From contig JAXMOE010000001.1 in the NCBI GenBank assembly GCA_034670025.1, forward strand, positions 619,099-683,098: 64,000 nucleotides of DNA. The letters are read 5' to 3'. The translations under genes and the position numbers were made by a program. This DNA comes from Chlorobiota bacterium. GTDB taxonomy: Bacteria > Bacteroidota > Ignavibacteria > Kapaibacteriales > UBA2268. A model generated the notes under the pieces. That model did no database searches. It saw only the letters and a program-made list of their open reading frames with translations, and had not been told where the DNA came from. Below are positions 38,682 through 48,745 of the stretch, piece by piece; position 1 is the first letter of the stretch, and every line of letters begins with the position of its first letter.

Positions 38682-40548
38682 GACTATTATCTACTATTTT
38701 ATATATTGGTCTGATATTTAATGACTTGGATACACTATCTATAAAGAATTTTGATACAAATTCAGAAGTAACAAAATCATATTGCTTTATATTATCGTGA
38801 ATTAATATTGAAGCATCACTGGTTTTTAATAAATGTAATTTTGACGAATCTTTTAATAAATAATCAATTAAGACTCTATCATATTGAATGAAATCATAAT
38901 CTTTTCTATCGGCAATTAGTACAGTTTTTTTCTTTTCTTCATTTATGATTAATGCAGTAAATTGCTCTCTTGGTATTATTTCTATTTTTCTTTTCTTATA
39001 TATCATCATATCAGAAAATAAAAGAAATGTAATTAAACTGAAACCAATTATAGATTTAAGTACAAATTTAGTACGGTTTCGGGCTATAAAAATTACTATT
39101 AATATTATGGAAGTAATAGTTGATAAATAAATTAGGTTCACTCCCCTACTAACTAAATTTAGATCGAAGTTTATTAGGAATTGATTTACTATTACAGAAA
39201 GTTGAATCAGATAGTATGAAGCATCTAAGTATTCTATTGCAAATGGAATATACAATAAGTCTAATAATATAAATATAAAGTTAAATGCTGTTGCCAATGA
39301 AACAATTGGTATAATAAATATATTAGCAATTGGATAAAGGACTGAGAATACATTAAAATAATACGCAGTAAATAATGAAGTAGGAATAGTTGCTGCAAAA
39401 GAGATAGCCACTGAAGAACAAATAAATCTGATTATTTTGTATTTTGTGTTGCCGAATAATGATTTCAGATTGCTAAATATTGGCTTATATAAAAAGATTA
39501 TACCAAAGATAGCGGTATAAGACAATTGGAAGCTAATTGAATACAATAACATCGGATTTAGCAGAATAGAAACGACAAAGGTTGCCAAAGCAATATTAAT
39601 AATATTAGGAATTCTATCGAAATACTTCATTATAAAGAAAAGTGAAAGCATAAATCCAGCCCTAACTCCTGATGCAGAAGCACCAGTTAATAAAATAAAA
39701 AGCCAAATCATACAAAGAAATGTCAGTAGTTTAAAAGTTCTATTTCTAATAAAACCAGTTAATATATAAAAAAATCCGGCAATTAGTCCAACGTGTAAGC
39801 CACTGATAGCAAGTACATGAGCAGTTCCAGTTTTAGAAAACAGCTCACGTGTATTATAATCAATGTCAGTTTTATCACCAGTAGCCAAAGCAATCAAGAG
39901 TCCTTTATGTGCCTCATTGGGTAAATTTCTGTTTATTAACTCTTTTATAAAAGTTTTAAACTCATAAATATAAGTGCTGTAGTTATATCTTTCTATATAA
40001 GAGAAATTAGTACGATTACAATAAGCGAAAAAATGTGCTTTATTTGCTTTGAGATAAGAAGACTCATTAAAATCACCCGGTAAAGATTTAATGTTAGGTG
40101 TCCTTAAGCTTGAGTTAGCCCTTATCTCATACCCAGGTTTTAGTTCAAATTCACTACCAGATTTAAAGATTGTTAGAATAACATTAGTATTATAATCTTT
40201 TTTTAATGAATATGACATAATACTAACTGATGCTAACACCTTGACATATTTTTCTCTATTAGAAATAACTTCAATTACTTCTCCTTTTAAAGTTCCATCG
40301 AAAGTCACTGAGATTTTATCTTCAAATTCTTCAATTGAATACAAATTATGCTGAAAACTAATATAGATACCAGCAAACAATAATATAGACATATATTTTA
40401 TTACTTTAGGTAACTTGAATATTAAGATTAGCACAACTGTAAGTGCAGCAATTGCTAGTTGGAGTGAAGATAGATCAAAAATATTATTAATTAAATACCC
40501 GAAAGGTAGTAAGATTATTGCCTTAAGTAATGGGTACTTATAATTCAA
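38668..40548 (-). CDS. comEC: ComEC/Rec2-family DNA internalisation membrane protein (no C-terminal metallo-beta-lactamase domain)
   Basis: DUF4131-like N-terminus followed by a polytopic Competence domain (GTAHVLAISGLHVG). Confidence 0.7.
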   Translation of the reverse strand: MNYKYPLLKAIILLPFGYLINNIFDLSSLQLAIAALTVVLILIFKLPKVIKYMSILLFAGIYISFQHNLYSIEEFEDKISVTFDGTLKGEVIEVISNREKYVKVLASVSIMSYSLKKDYNTNVILTIFKSGSEFELKPGYEIRANSSLRTPNIKSLPGDFNESSYLKANKAHFFAYCNRTNFSYIERYNYSTYIYEFKTFIKELINRNLPNEAHKGLLIALATGDKTDIDYNTRELFSKTGTAHVLAISGLHVGLIAGFFYILTGFIRNRTFKLLTFLCMIWLFILLTGASASGVRAGFMLSLFFIMKYFDRIPNIINIALATFVVSILLNPMLLYSISFQLSYTAIFGIIFLYKPIFSNLKSLFGNTKYKIIRFICSSVAISFAATIPTSLFTAYYFNVFSVLYPIANIFIIPIVSLATAFNFIFILLDLLYIPFAIEYLDASYYLIQLSVIVNQFLINFDLNLVSRGVNLIYLSTITSIILIVIFIARNRTKFVLKSIIGFSLITFLLFSDMMIYKKRKIEIIPREQFTALIINEEKKKTVLIADRKDYDFIQYDRVLIDYLLKDSSKLHLLKTSDASILIHDNIKQYDFVTSEFVSKFFIDSVSKSLNIRPIYKIVDNSHGYN

Positions 40549-40551
40549 TTT

Positions 40552-41010
40552 TTATTCTTTGTTTCTTTTATCTAATTTTCTTTTAATTAAACGTTTTCTT
40601 AATTCTTTTACAAATTTATATTCAAATAAACTAAGCTTAGTAAACTCCTTTTCAGTAAGTAATTTTCTGATTTCATTAGATTTATCAACTTTCAAATCAC
40701 CTATCTGTTTATGTAAATTAATTAAAGAATTATTTACTTTTTTATAATCTTCGTTGGAATAATCTTCATAAGAATCTGCTATTAGTTTACTCAATTTTTT
40801 TAACTCTTCGTGAAGTTCAATCTCTTTCTTATCGTATTGGTCAAAAATTGCTAACAGTTTACTTGACTTTGATTCTTCTAACTCCATAAACTCAATTAAT
40901 TTAACTTTTTTAATAGTGTTCAATCTTTCATTCATTTTCAAGGGTTTTGAAATTGCTAATAAACTAAACAAAATAAACACAAAAATACTAAAGGCTAATT
41001 TTTTCATCAC
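40552..41010 (-). CDS. Periplasmic coiled-coil protein, Spy/CpxP (LTxxQ)-like
   Basis: Signal peptide, highly charged helical sequence, LTEKEF motif; last gene of the ECF sigma operon. Confidence 0.4.
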   Translation of the reverse strand: MMKKLAFSIFVFILFSLLAISKPLKMNERLNTIKKVKLIEFMELEESKSSKLLAIFDQYDKKEIELHEELKKLSKLIADSYEDYSNEDYKKVNNSLINLHKQIGDLKVDKSNEIRKLLTEKEFTKLSLFEYKFVKELRKRLIKRKLDKRNKE

Positions 41011-41581
41011 TTATCTCATCTAATAATTCATTAAATTCACTTTCTGTCATACTTTCTAATAGACTCAGCTCATCAACTTCTACACTATTTGTTTTTAATA
41101 AACCATCATTAACTTCAATAATATTTATTTGTGAAGCTTCATTTAGTAAGTTGATATTATCATTATCGCCAATAATTATATTGAAATCTATTTCAGAAAC
41201 TAATTCAGTCGATTCTAAAATCTTGTTATTTTCACTAGGATTGTATTCTTGATTTTGTTGAACAAACATATAAGTAAATCCTAACAACAAGACTGGAATA
41301 GAATATTTTATAATTGAAAACCAAAGGTTTTTATTTCTTTGTTTGGAATATTTATTCTGGTTTACTTTGTAACTAAGGTTAACAGTCTTTCTATCAATTC
41401 GTTTTTTGATTTGTTCTTTATTCAAACTAGAAAAAGCACTTCTAATTTCAATAACCTCATTTTTTAACTCTGGATACTTGTCTATACTTTCCTCAAATAA
41501 TAACATTTCATTAGGAGTCAACTTACCAAATGAATAATCACTTAGTAATTCTTTCATTTCCTCATAATTCAACTGTTTCAT
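40988..41581 (-). CDS. Membrane-spanning anti-sigma factor
   Basis: Cytoplasmic N-terminus, single TM (LWFSIIKYSIPVLLLGFTYMFV), periplasmic C-terminus; immediately downstream of the ECF sigma with a 4-nt overlap. Confidence 0.6.
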   Translation of the reverse strand: MKQLNYEEMKELLSDYSFGKLTPNEMLLFEESIDKYPELKNEVIEIRSAFSSLNKEQIKKRIDRKTVNLSYKVNQNKYSKQRNKNLWFSIIKYSIPVLLLGFTYMFVQQNQEYNPSENNKILESTELVSEIDFNIIIGDNDNINLLNEASQINIIEVNDGLLKTNSVEVDELSLLESMTESEFNELLDEISDEKISL

Positions 41582-42159
41582 TTTGACTCCAAATTTTTTA
41601 TTGCTAAAGTGACTTTATTAACTGCGTGATAATAATTTGCTTTAAGTCCACCAACTGAGGTGCCTGTTATTTTAGATATTTCTTTATAAGATAAATCCTC
41701 GTAATATCTTAAATAAAAGACTTCACGTTGTTTCAAAGGTAATTTGTCTATTTCATCAATTAATTGTTTTTCTTCTTCTGAATTTACTAATTGATGATAA
41801 GGATTGGCATTATAATCATCTAAGATATCTAGATTATTATCTTTAGAATCAATTCTTAGGAAAGTTTTGATTTTCTTTTTTCTGAGAAAATTTTTACAAT
41901 AATTAGCTGTAATAGAGTAAAGCCATGTTTTTAATGTACTTTTTCTATTGAACTTATGTAAATTTGTTAGTGCTTTAACGAATACTTCTTGCGATATATC
42001 TTCTGCATCGTATTCATTTTTAGTATATCTCAGTGCAGTAAAATAAACAAAAGAGCTGTACTTTCTTACGAAAGCATTAGCAGCTCTATTGCTCATAGAA
42101 TTACAATATTCTTCTATTATTTCTGCGTCTGTGTCGTATAGCAATTTTGATAATTCCAT
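41578..42159 (-). CDS. ECF (sigma-70 family, group 4) RNA polymerase sigma factor
   Basis: Region 2 (DAEDISQEVFVKA) and region 4 HTH (LSYKEISKITGTSVGGLKANYYHA). Confidence 0.85.
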   Translation of the reverse strand: MELSKLLYDTDAEIIEEYCNSMSNRAANAFVRKYSSFVYFTALRYTKNEYDAEDISQEVFVKALTNLHKFNRKSTLKTWLYSITANYCKNFLRKKKIKTFLRIDSKDNNLDILDDYNANPYHQLVNSEEEKQLIDEIDKLPLKQREVFYLRYYEDLSYKEISKITGTSVGGLKANYYHAVNKVTLAIKNLESK

Positions 42160-42235
42160 AGAATCAATTCAAATTAAATGTCAATATACTAATTAGACAC
42201 AAATAATAAAGAAAAGTTTAATATTCTTTTAAAAT

Positions 42236-42715
42236 TTATTGGGGTTTTGAAATATCTAGTATTTCGTATTGGATTGTGCCAGCTGGTGCATTCATTTCTG
42301 CTATGTCACCAATTTGTTTCCCCATTAGTGCTTGCCCTAAGGGTGAAGTAATTGAAATTTTATTCTTTTCATAATCAGCTTCTGCAGCACTAACTAGCTG
42401 AAGAGTCATTTTTTTATTAAATTTTTTGTTCAGAACTTCTACATAAGAAAGTATATATACCTTATCATCAGGAAATTCAGATGGGTCAATGATTTCTGCA
42501 TTTGAAAGGAGTTGACTCATTTTAGCAATTTTCATTTCAAACAGTCCTTGTTCCTCTTTTGCAGCATCATAGTCGGCATTTTCAGATAAGTCACCATGTG
42601 AACGAGCGTCACCAATTTTCTGAGCAATTTCTCTTCTGCCTTTCGTTTGCATTTCTTTCAATTGCTCTTCCATTTCCTTATACTTTTCTTTCGTCATATA
42701 GTTTTTGCTTGACAT
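42236..42715 (-). CDS. greA: Transcription elongation factor GreA
   Basis: Gre coiled-coil N-terminal domain and FKBP-like C-terminal domain. Start moved to the ATG at 42715, which has an AAAGAGGA SD 7 nt upstream. The ORF-track start at 42757 would overlap ribBA. Confidence 0.85.
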   Translation of the reverse strand: MSSKNYMTKEKYKEMEEQLKEMQTKGRREIAQKIGDARSHGDLSENADYDAAKEEQGLFEMKIAKMSQLLSNAEIIDPSEFPDDKVYILSYVEVLNKKFNKKMTLQLVSAAEADYEKNKISITSPLGQALMGKQIGDIAEMNAPAGTIQYEILDISKPQ

Positions 42716-42731
42716 ATAAATATCCTCTTTA

Positions 42732-43928
42732 TTACATGTTTTTGAGCAAATGCCCAAGTTTATCTTTCTTAGTTTTTAAATAATATTCATTGTGCTCATT
42801 AGCATCAATTTCTATTGGCATTGTATCCACAATCTCTAGACCATAGCTCTTAAGACCAACTCTTTTCTTTGGGTTATTGGTCATTAATATCATTTTTCTA
42901 ACACCAAGTGAATAAAGTATTTGAGCACCAATCCCATAATCACGTGCATCAGGTTTGAATCCAAGATGTTCGTTTGCTTCAACTGTGTCCATACCTTGCT
43001 CTTGAAGTGCATAAGCTTTGATTTTATTAATCAAACCAATACCCCTGCCCTCTTGTCGCATATAAATGACTACACCTTTGCCATTTTCTTCTATACTTCT
43101 TAGAGATTGTTCTAATTGTGGACCACAATCGCAACGATAAGACCCAAATACATCTCCAGTAATACATTCCGAATGAACTCTAACTGGTATTGCCTCATCT
43201 TCGTTCCATTCACCCTTAACTATAGCAAGATGTTCTTTACCATCAGAAAGGTTTTCATAAACGTGAATTTTAAAATCACCAAACTCTGAAGGTATTTTTG
43301 CAGTGGCAATATCTTTGACTAAAGAATCTTTCTGAAATCTATAAGCAATCAAATCTTTGACAGTGATAATTTTCATATCATGCTTTTCAGCAAATACTTC
43401 CAAATCTGGCTTTCTGGCCATAGTGCCATCTTCATTAATTACTTCACATAGAACACCAACTGGTTTTAAGCCAGCAAGTCTCATAAGATCAACAGTTGCT
43501 TCAGTGTGTCCAGCCCTTCTTAAAACTCCGCCTGGCTGAGAAATAAGTGGGAATATATGGCCAGGTCTTCCCAAGTCAGAAGGTTTAGTGTCTTTGTTTG
43601 CTAATGCTCGAATAGTAAATGCTCTGTCTTCAGCAGAAATACCAGTAGTAGTATTATGAACATAATCTACTGAAACAGTAAACTTTGTTTCATGAAGCGC
43701 AGAATTATCTTTTACCATTACTTCAAGTTCTAATTCTTTTGCCCTTTCTGGAGTTATAGATACACAAACAAGCCCCTTACCTTTGCTCGACATAAAATTA
43801 ACAGTCTCTGGGGTACACAGTTCGGCAGAGCAAATCAAATCACCTTCGTTTTCTCTGTCTTCATCGTCCATAACAACTATCATTTTTCCAGCTGCTAAAT
43901 CTTTTAGAGCGCTTTCAATTGAATCCAT
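42732..43928 (-). CDS. ribBA: Bifunctional 3,4-dihydroxy-2-butanone-4-phosphate synthase / GTP cyclohydrolase II
   Basis: RibB N-terminal half (DDEDRENEGDL) and RibA C-terminal half (CxC zinc site CDCG). Confidence 0.9.
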   Translation of the reverse strand: MDSIESALKDLAAGKMIVVMDDEDRENEGDLICSAELCTPETVNFMSSKGKGLVCVSITPERAKELELEVMVKDNSALHETKFTVSVDYVHNTTTGISAEDRAFTIRALANKDTKPSDLGRPGHIFPLISQPGGVLRRAGHTEATVDLMRLAGLKPVGVLCEVINEDGTMARKPDLEVFAEKHDMKIITVKDLIAYRFQKDSLVKDIATAKIPSEFGDFKIHVYENLSDGKEHLAIVKGEWNEDEAIPVRVHSECITGDVFGSYRCDCGPQLEQSLRSIEENGKGVVIYMRQEGRGIGLINKIKAYALQEQGMDTVEANEHLGFKPDARDYGIGAQILYSLGVRKMILMTNNPKKRVGLKSYGLEIVDTMPIEIDANEHNEYYLKTKKDKLGHLLKNM

Positions 43929-44010
43929 TTAATATCTCATCATACTATTATAAAAAATCTTTCACCTAATAATGTATAGATGAAAGACCTATTGAAAAAT
44001 TGTACTTTTA

Positions 44011-44313
44011 CTATTTTTTAGAAGAAACTGCTGCTTTCTCAAATTTAACTTTTACATTATCAGCAATTTGAACTAAAAATGTATCTTCGGTAACTTCAGA
44101 AACAGTCCCATGAATTCCAGTAGAAGTTACTACTTTGTCCCCTTTCTTAATTCCTTCTATCATTTGTTTGTGTTCTTGTTGCTTTTTCTTTTGTGGTCGA
44201 ATCATCAAGAAATACATAATGGCAAACATTGCCCCAAAAAATATAAGCATAGACCACATTGAGCCTCCGCCTCCACCACCATTTGGTGCTGCTGCTAAAA
44301 ATAAAGATAACAT
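44011..44313 (-). CDS. yajC: Preprotein translocase subunit YajC
   Basis: Gly-run, a TM helix, and a conserved IRPQKKK..KKGDKVVTSTGIHGTV core. Confidence 0.85.
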   Translation of the reverse strand: MLSLFLAAAPNGGGGGGSMWSMLIFFGAMFAIMYFLMIRPQKKKQQEHKQMIEGIKKGDKVVTSTGIHGTVSEVTEDTFLVQIADNVKVKFEKAAVSSKK

Positions 44314-44361
44314 TTTATTCCTTTCAAGTTAAATATAAAAAACAAAATTAACATTTTCAGT

Positions 44362-45483
44362 CTAACTATAGTAATTATTGATAAAATTATTTTTCCAATT
44401 TGTAAAATTATCTGCTTGTATTTCTTCTTTAGATTTCTCAATTAACCATTTGTAGAATGCCAAATTATGCTGAGACGCAATAATATTACCTAAAATTTCA
44501 TTTGTCTTAATTAAATGTCTTAAGTAACCTTTAGAATATGAATTACTAACATGAGCAGTTAAACCAGAATCAATCTCTTCATCTAATCCTTCATATTTAG
44601 CATTTCTAATATTAACAACTCCAGTTGTTGTAAATAATTGTCCATTTCTTGCATTTCTAGTAGGCAAAACACAATCGAACATATCTATTCCTCTTTCTAT
44701 ACATTCTAGAATATTCTCCGGTTTACCTACACCCATCAAGTATCTAGGTTTGTTCTTAGGTAAATTATCAGTACAAATATCTGTCATTTCGTACATAATA
44801 TCTGCCTCCTCCCCTACACTTAGCCCACCTATTGCATTTCCGTCAAAATCCATTTCGGACATTCTATTACAATAATCGATTCTTAAATCTTTTTCCATTC
44901 CACCTTGTCCAATTCCGAATAAGAATTGTTTGTGGTCATATCTTTGCTTTTGTCTTTCGAATGCTTTTTTTGATTCTTTTGCCCATTTTAAAGACAGCTC
45001 CATCGATTCTCTTACATATTCTCTTTCAGCTGGGTACTCTACACATTCATCTAATACCATACAAATATCAGAACCCAATGACTTTTGAATTTCAATCACT
45101 TTATCAGGTGTAAAGTAATGTTTTGAGCCGTCTATATGAGATTTGAACTCAACACCTTCTTTGGATATTTTCCTAATGTCTTGCAACGAAAATACCTGAA
45201 AACCACCACTGTCAGTAAGAATTGATCTGTCCCAATTCATAAACTTATGTAGTCCTCCATAATTATCCATTACATCAGTACCAGGGCGAAGGTACAGATG
45301 ATAAGTATTTCCGAGTATAATATTATAATCAAATTCAGTTTTTAATACTCGTTGTTCTACGGCTTTTACAGTTGCTGCTGTTCCAACTGGCATAAATACT
45401 GGGGTTTCTATTATAGTATGATCAGTTGTTATTTTACCTAATCGTGCTTTAGAGTTTTTATCTTCTTTTATTAATTCAAACAA
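44362..45483 (-). CDS. tgt: Queuine tRNA-ribosyltransferase
   Basis: Active-site region (LMGVG motif) and a C-terminal zinc site. Confidence 0.9.
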   Translation of the reverse strand: MFELIKEDKNSKARLGKITTDHTIIETPVFMPVGTAATVKAVEQRVLKTEFDYNIILGNTYHLYLRPGTDVMDNYGGLHKFMNWDRSILTDSGGFQVFSLQDIRKISKEGVEFKSHIDGSKHYFTPDKVIEIQKSLGSDICMVLDECVEYPAEREYVRESMELSLKWAKESKKAFERQKQRYDHKQFLFGIGQGGMEKDLRIDYCNRMSEMDFDGNAIGGLSVGEEADIMYEMTDICTDNLPKNKPRYLMGVGKPENILECIERGIDMFDCVLPTRNARNGQLFTTTGVVNIRNAKYEGLDEEIDSGLTAHVSNSYSKGYLRHLIKTNEILGNIIASQHNLAFYKWLIEKSKEEIQADNFTNWKNNFINNYYS

Positions 45484-45581
45484 TTTTGTTTTATTTTGTT
45501 AATTAAAAAAAACAAAATAATAATATAAATTCTTTTTTTGTATATTATTAAACTTAATCAGACAATTAATATAACAGATTC

Positions 45582-47780
45582 ATGAGTTATCAAAATCAAA
45601 CTTTATACGACAAATTAAATATTCAAGATGCGTTTCGCTCTTCAGAGAATGACACCTATCTAAGAAATTCAAAATTAATTAAGTATTTAATTTTATTATT
45701 GACTTTAATTATATCTACGATATTTTTTACATATCATTTAGATACAGATGTTTACAAAGGTCTTGGAAAGAGCGTTTCAGAAGGGCAACTATGGAATAAT
45801 AAATCTTTAGTTGCTGAAAGAACTTTCCCATTGAAAAAGAACATATCACAATATAATTCTGAAGTTAATACAGCCCAATCGTCAGTATTACCAAACTTTA
45901 AAGTAAAAGGGAATATTCTAAGTAATATTCAAAAAGATGTTAATTCTATATTAGATACTTTATTTATTTATAAAAACTTTAATTTGGACGAAGCAGTTGC
46001 TCAGACATACTCTGAAAAATACAAAAGTATTCAAACAACAACAAAAAATGAATTAAACAAATTATATTCGAAAGGAGTTATAGATAAAGAAAAATCTGAT
46101 TTCTCAGCTAATTCTATAATTGTTCTAAATAGTAATAATGAACAGACTATTTTAAACTTAGATAACGTTTATGATTTAGAAAATGCAGAAAACAAAATAA
46201 AAGAAATATTAAGAAATCAAGTCAACCCTGAGATTTATAGTGAAATATCACAGCAAATTGCAAATTTAATTCAACCTAATTTACTATTTTCAAGTAACCT
46301 GACAAACCAAAGAAGAAAGTTAGCTGCTACTAATGTTGCAACAAATGAAGAAATTATTGGAAAAGGTACAACTTTAGTTAAGAAAAATGACAGATTAACT
46401 GAAAAACAAGTAAGACTTTTGAAATCATACTTCAGTTCTTTGGAAGCAAACGAGAATAAAGGAAATATATATTTTATTCTTTTAAGTAGCTTAGGGCATG
46501 CTGGTTTAGTCTTATCTCTCTTAGTGTTCTATCTTTATAATATTAGAAAAAGAATATTTAACGATAACTTTCAGCTAATTATTTTATGCATTGTTTTTGT
46601 TATTACGGCTCTATTATCGTGGCTGACATTAGAAATATCAATTGGCTTTAGGTTAGAGTATTTGATTTTTATCCCAGCTTTTTCAATGATGATTGCTATT
46701 ATCTTTGATTCTCGAACTGCATTTTACTTTACGGTAGTTTTAGCATTATTAGTTGCAGGTATCAGAGGGAATGATTACCAAACTGCATTTATCCACCTTT
46801 TCGCTGGAGCAGTTGCTTCCTATACGGTTAGAGATATTCAAAATAGAACACAAATGTTCAAATCTATATTCTTTATTTTCATTGGTTACATATTGCCTGT
46901 TGTTATATTTTATCTTGAACGATCATCAAATCTTCAAGATTTACTGAACAATACTATTTTAATATCAGCTAACTCTATTCTTTCCCCACTTATTACATAT
47001 GGGAGTATATTTCTGTTAGAAAGATTTTCTAATTTTTCAACTGACTTACAATTAAAAGAATATGACAATTTGGATCATGAACTACTTCAGAAAATGAGTG
47101 ATATTGCCCCTGGTACTTATCAGCACAGCTTAAATGTTGCAATGTTAGCGGAAAGAGCGGCATTAGCTATTGGTGCTAATCCAGTTTATTGTAGAGTAAG
47201 TAGCCTATTTCATGATATTGGGAAAATGAAAAAACCAGAGTATTTTGTTGAAAATCAGATAGATATATCTAATAAACATGATAGATTAACGCCAAAGAAA
47301 AGTGCTAAAATAATTATAGATCACGTAAACTATGGTGTTGAGTTAGCAACTAAGTATAAGTTACCTAATAGAATGATTGATGTAATAAGAATGCATCATG
47401 GCACAACTTTAGTTCAGTACTTTTATAATAAGGAGTTAGAAAATGCTGAAAATAAAGCTGATGTCAACATGGATGACTTTAGATATCCAGGCCCCAAACC
47501 TAAGTCTCGGGAGGCCGCGCTGATTATGATATGTGATACAGCAGAAGCAATTTCACATATTAGAAACTTTACTAGTGAGGAGTTAGACGATATTCTTCAG
47601 AAGATAATAATAGAGAGAATATCTGATGGGCAATTTGATGAGTCGGGGATTTCAGTCAAAGAACTTCAGATAATTAAATTCAATATTGTTAAAAATTTAA
47701 TTGGAATGGGTCACAAAAGAATTCAGTATAAAGAGCCACCAAAATCAATTAAATCTGATTATGACATCAAAGATAAATAG
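45582..47780 (+). CDS. 7TM receptor with intracellular HD hydrolase domain (7TMR-HD; PgpH/YqfF-like)
   Basis: N-terminal extracytoplasmic domain, 7 TM helices, and a C-terminal HD motif (HDIGK, HHG). Confidence 0.7.
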   Translation: MSYQNQTLYDKLNIQDAFRSSENDTYLRNSKLIKYLILLLTLIISTIFFTYHLDTDVYKGLGKSVSEGQLWNNKSLVAERTFPLKKNISQYNSEVNTAQSSVLPNFKVKGNILSNIQKDVNSILDTLFIYKNFNLDEAVAQTYSEKYKSIQTTTKNELNKLYSKGVIDKEKSDFSANSIIVLNSNNEQTILNLDNVYDLENAENKIKEILRNQVNPEIYSEISQQIANLIQPNLLFSSNLTNQRRKLAATNVATNEEIIGKGTTLVKKNDRLTEKQVRLLKSYFSSLEANENKGNIYFILLSSLGHAGLVLSLLVFYLYNIRKRIFNDNFQLIILCIVFVITALLSWLTLEISIGFRLEYLIFIPAFSMMIAIIFDSRTAFYFTVVLALLVAGIRGNDYQTAFIHLFAGAVASYTVRDIQNRTQMFKSIFFIFIGYILPVVIFYLERSSNLQDLLNNTILISANSILSPLITYGSIFLLERFSNFSTDLQLKEYDNLDHELLQKMSDIAPGTYQHSLNVAMLAERAALAIGANPVYCRVSSLFHDIGKMKKPEYFVENQIDISNKHDRLTPKKSAKIIIDHVNYGVELATKYKLPNRMIDVIRMHHGTTLVQYFYNKELENAENKADVNMDDFRYPGPKPKSREAALIMICDTAEAISHIRNFTSEELDDILQKIIIERISDGQFDESGISVKELQIIKFNIVKNLIGMGHKRIQYKEPPKSIKSDYDIKDK

Positions 47781-48684
47781 TTTACCACTTTCGTTGACAA
47801 AGCACTTAAAAAGCTATCTTTATTATTGTGAATTAGAAAAGGGTTTATCTGAAAACACTATTTCTTCATATAAGAATGATATTGAGAAACTTCTTTATTA
47901 TCTAAATGATGATATTATAGATAATTATAGAAATATTACTCTAAAGAATTTGGAATCATTTTTCAATGAACTTTTTGAGATTGGATTAAGTAATTCAACT
48001 CGTGCTAGATACTTATCTTCTATAAGGGAATTTTTCAAATATCTTAACCAAAAATCTATTATTGAATCTAACCAGATTGACAAAATTGATTTACCAAAAC
48101 CAAAACGAGCTATTCCTGAAGTTTTGACAGTAAACGAAATAGATTTAATATTAGATGCAATTGATACTTATACAGACTTAGGTAAACGCGATAGAGCAAT
48201 GTTAGGTACTCTCTACTCTTCTGGACTTAGAGTCTCTGAACTATTAAGTCTAAAAGAAAGGGATATATTCTTTGATGAAGGAATAATTAGAGTTTTTGGT
48301 AAGGGCTCTAAAGAAAGATTGGTACCAATCGGAAGTGATGCAAAAACAAGTATCATTAATTATATTAATAATTCGAGATCAAATTTATTGAAAAACAACT
48401 CTGAAATAGATACTTTGTTTCTAAACTCACGAGGTAAGCCATTAAGTAGAATGGGATTGTGGAAAATAATTGAGAAGTATGTAAAATACACAGGAATTGA
48501 AAAAAATGTACACCCTCATACTTTCAGACATTCATTTGCTACTCACTTGTTAGAAGGTGGAGCTGATTTGAGAGCTGTGCAAGAAATGCTTGGTCATTCA
48601 GACATATCAACAACTCAAATTTATACTCACATTGACAAAGAATTTATAAAAGAAGTCTATAGAAATCATCATCCACGTTCATAA
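47761..48684 (+). CDS. xerD: Tyrosine site-specific recombinase XerC/XerD family
   Basis: C-terminal catalytic motifs (R..HxxR..Y: HTFRHSFATHLL, GHSDISTTQIYTH). Start chosen at the ATG at 47761; the ORF-track start at 47701 overlaps the upstream gene by 80 nt. Confidence 0.8.
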   Translation: MTSKINSLPLSLTKHLKSYLYYCELEKGLSENTISSYKNDIEKLLYYLNDDIIDNYRNITLKNLESFFNELFEIGLSNSTRARYLSSIREFFKYLNQKSIIESNQIDKIDLPKPKRAIPEVLTVNEIDLILDAIDTYTDLGKRDRAMLGTLYSSGLRVSELLSLKERDIFFDEGIIRVFGKGSKERLVPIGSDAKTSIINYINNSRSNLLKNNSEIDTLFLNSRGKPLSRMGLWKIIEKYVKYTGIEKNVHPHTFRHSFATHLLEGGADLRAVQEMLGHSDISTTQIYTHIDKEFIKEVYRNHHPRS

Positions 48685-48727
48685 AAAAAGTCAGAACTAA
48701 GTAAATAATTCTGACTATTTTTTTTTA
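48684..48727. terminator. Bidirectional terminator shared by xerD (+) and trxB (-): GTCAGAA..TTCTGAC hairpin with flanking A- and T-runs
   Basis: 7-bp perfect inverted repeat 48690-48696/48709-48715 with an A7 run upstream and a T10 run downstream. Confidence 0.65.
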
Positions 48728-48745
48728 AGTTGCTTTTAAATTCAA

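Noticed and set aside
44225-44290. Gly6 run and Lys-rich stretch in the yajC region as a low-complexity repeat or frameshift signal
   Set aside because: It is encoded in frame within a well-conserved YajC (N-terminal GGGGGG, then a TM helix and an IRPQKKK motif). This is a normal feature of YajC homologs.
47701-47780. Upstream extension of the xerD ORF (start at 47701) and of greA (start at 42757)
   Set aside because: Both extensions overlap the preceding gene by 40-80 nt. Internal ATGs (47761; 42715 with an AAAGAGGA SD) give proteins of canonical length for XerD (about 307 aa) and GreA (159 aa).
47761-48684. XerD-family recombinase as marker of an integrative/mobile element
   Set aside because: Its flanks are conserved housekeeping genes (7TMR-HD, trxB). 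No direct repeats, att-like tRNA fragment, transposase or phage genes are present. The protein has the canonical XerC/D catalytic C-terminus, so chromosome-dimer resolution is the parsimonious role.
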